IMG/VR virus record: IMGVR_UViG_3300020577_012633
Coordinates: 59,216 to 123,215 of that record
DNA: 64,000 nucleotides
Reading direction: 5' to 3' (one strand)
Source of the DNA: a virus
Taxonomy: Duplodnaviria > Caudoviricetes
The notes under the pieces were generated by a model. The model was not told where the DNA came from, ran no database searches, and worked only from the letters and a program-made list of their open reading frames with translations. The translations under genes and the position numbers were made by a program. Below, in pieces: positions 62,344 through 64,000 of the stretch; position 1 is the stretch's first letter, and each line of letters opens with the position of its first letter.

Positions 62344-63240
62344 TTATAGTATTTTTTCTAAATATTCTTCAATCAATTCTTTACCAGATAAGCCATTAAT
62401 AAATCTTTCTGGAATTGATCTGTATCCGTAAAAAGCACCAGCAAATTGTCCTGCTATTGCTCCAGTTGTATCGGCATCATTACCTAGATTTACAGCTTTG
62501 AGAACAATATCTTCAAAAGAATCGCCAGTAGCAAAAGCCCATAGAGAAGAATGCAAACTACTTACAACATTGAAATCGCCATGAGCTTCTTCTGTGAGAA
62601 AATTTCCATTTGCTATAGCCCTAATCTCTTCATGAAGATCAAGATTTCTAGTCTTTTCCCAATCTTTGTCCAAAACAATCTCTTTGGCTAGACCGTTCAA
62701 CAAACCTGCAAGCACAACTGCCATGTATTCGCAAGCTGATTTGCATACAGGACTATTATGGGTTGTAGAACTTGATTCATTTGCGAAATTTACAATATTT
62801 TCATCATCGAAATACTTTATGCAAACTGGAGCAAGTCTCATGATAGAACCGTTACCTCTAGTATCAACCAGGCTTGATTCCAATTGACCTGTTTGAATAT
62901 AATCTTTAATAGCTTGTCTAGTAGTGCCGCCTATTCCAAAACACTTACCAACAGTCGTATATTTGCCATTATTATACCAATCAACATACTTATCAAGTTG
63001 ATCTTTTCTGGAATGACCATTGGAAAGAGAATCAGCAAGAGCTAAAGCCATGCTAGTATCATCAGTCCATTCACCAGCTTTTGAACCAGGTTGTCCCCAA
63101 TTTCTTGGTTTTCCATTTCTATAACCTGTTACTATGGGAAACGTGCCTGCTTTTTTCTTTTCTATAGGAGTTCCAAGGGCATCTCCAATAGCAAGGCCAT
63201 AAAAACAGCCTTTTTTACGATCACGAATATCTGTTGTCAT
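62344..63240 (-). CDS. ADP-ribosylglycohydrolase (DraG/ARH family)
   Basis: GDALG, WTDDT, GNGSIMR, DADTTGAIAG. Confidence 0.93.
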   Translation of the reverse strand: MTTDIRDRKKGCFYGLAIGDALGTPIEKKKAGTFPIVTGYRNGKPRNWGQPGSKAGEWTDDTSMALALADSLSNGHSRKDQLDKYVDWYNNGKYTTVGKCFGIGGTTRQAIKDYIQTGQLESSLVDTRGNGSIMRLAPVCIKYFDDENIVNFANESSSTTHNSPVCKSACEYMAVVLAGLLNGLAKEIVLDKDWEKTRNLDLHEEIRAIANGNFLTEEAHGDFNVVSSLHSSLWAFATGDSFEDIVLKAVNLGNDADTTGAIAGQFAGAFYGYRSIPERFINGLSGKELIEEYLEKIL

Positions 63241-63274
63241 GTTCAAAGTATAGACAAAAAGAATGCACAAGTAA

Positions 63275-63347
63275 AGCCTTCTGTGGGATTCGAACCCACT
63301 ACCCCTTCCTTACCAAGGAAGTATTCAACCATATGAAATTAGAAGGC
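63275..63347 (-). tRNA. tRNA-Thr(GGT)
   Basis: CTTCC-TTGGTAA-GGAAG. Confidence 0.88.
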
Positions 63348-63368
63348 GTTTAATACAGAACTTATCAA

Positions 63369-63440
63369 AGGCTCCTGAGGGAGTTGAACCCTCGACAAGT
63401 TGCTTAACAGGCAACCACTCTACCGCTGAGTTAAAGAGCC
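63369..63440 (-). tRNA. tRNA-Asn(GTT)
   Basis: GTTGC-CTGTTAA-GCAAC. Confidence 0.9.
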
Positions 63441-63451
63441 ATTAGTTTCAA

Positions 63452-63524
63452 CGGTATGGGACGGTTTTGACCCGCCATCCTTCCACTATTCAAGTGGTCG
63501 CTCTACATTTGGAGCTACCATACC
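63452..63524 (-). tRNA. tRNA-Phe(GAA), atypical D and T loops
   Basis: CCAC-TTGAATA-GTGG; T loop GTCAAAA. Confidence 0.65.
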
Positions 63525-63528
63525 ATAA

Positions 63529-63600
63529 AGTTCTCTCAGAGACTCGAACTCTGCTAACTGGGATACAAATCCAGCCCCTCGCCATCTAGGGTTAGAGAAC
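63529..63600 (-). tRNA. tRNA-Thr(TGT)
   Basis: Loop TTTGTAT, cloverleaf. Confidence 0.85.
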
Positions 63601-63747
63601 GTAACTTGTAGGCTCCTCATGGTTTGGAGTTATTCCTACAAAGCGGTAAATCTTACGAATTACACTCTTGGAGCATCGTTTTATAATGGTGATTCCCATG
63701 CCGACATCACCTGCTAGTATTTTTTCCATCGGTCTAGCTACGATAAG

Positions 63748-63821
63748 CTCCAGGAGCAGGCCTCGAACCTGCACTCACCAAGTTAACAGCTTGGCTGCTT
63801 ACCTACTTTGCATACCCTGGA
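63748..63821 (-). tRNA. tRNA-Asn(GTT)
   Basis: CCAAG-CTGTTAA-CTTGG. Confidence 0.88.
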
Positions 63822-63904
63822 ATGACGCCCTTTTCAATTCTATGATATTAACCCGTTGCCCCGGTACTTCATAGTTTTTATACGAAAAGGATTTGATGCA
63901 AAAG

Positions 63905-63946
63905 CTCCCTGAGTAGGACTCGAACCTACGACATGCGAGTTATTAA
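63905..63946 (-). tRNA. 3' half of a tRNA (Ile-like); 5' half not adjacent
   Basis: ATAA-CTCGC-ATGTC-GTAGG-TTCGAGT-CCTAC-TCAGGGA-G preceded by AT-rich non-tRNA sequence. Confidence 0.7.
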
Positions 63947-63961
63947 TTTTTAAAATAAAGA

Positions 63962-64000
63962 TTAATTTAGTCGAAGTAATTCTTCGTGAACCTCTGCATG
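63962..64000 (-). CDS. Probable C-terminus of an HNH endonuclease (truncated by window)
   Basis: HAEVHEELLRLN* resembles the CxxCHxxxH tail. Confidence 0.5.
   Translation of the reverse strand, partial: HAEVHEELLRLN

Noticed and set aside
1-64000. Genome-wide TAG reassignment
   Set aside because: Long conserved genes (ligA, tyrS, purA, PARP) are intact in code 11, and several genes clearly end at TAG

Overview
AT-rich, densely packed segment with almost all genes on the minus strand. It is best interpreted as part of a large (jumbo) bacteriophage genome: many small hypothetical ORFs and no rRNA. A porin and a CsrA homolog tentatively suggest a Planctomycetota host. Recognisable proteins include a WGR-PARP and an ADP-ribosylglycohydrolase, two GT32 glycosyltransferases, a CoaB/aldolase fusion, two SpoU methylases, PurA with vWA and J-domain genes, an HNH-RNA ligase, NAD DNA ligase, TyrRS, a Pol-beta nucleotidyltransferase, thioredoxin, a release-factor homolog and about 7 homing-type endonucleases. 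The RNA content is exceptional: about 22 intact tRNAs (one an amber suppressor), tmRNA, a minimal RNase P RNA and many non-canonical tRNA-like RNAs. There are four main discoveries. (1) A family of at least 6 Y-RNA-like ncRNAs shares GYCGR-N8/9-G(G/C/A)TTAWYR and is built on different, partly circularly permuted tRNA scaffolds. (2) Endonuclease cassettes split tRNA anticodon loops without any intron core, and one delivers its own replacement tRNA with the same anticodon. (3) Two translation-rescue genes are gated by stop codons: an RF homolog with a prfB-type +1 frameshift at UGA, and a Pth2-like gene with two in-frame UAGs plus an in-frame antisense HNH insertion. (4) Two tRNAs carry D-arm inserts that share AAGCGAG...GAAAAGGCG. 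All calls come from manual reading; no database searches were run.
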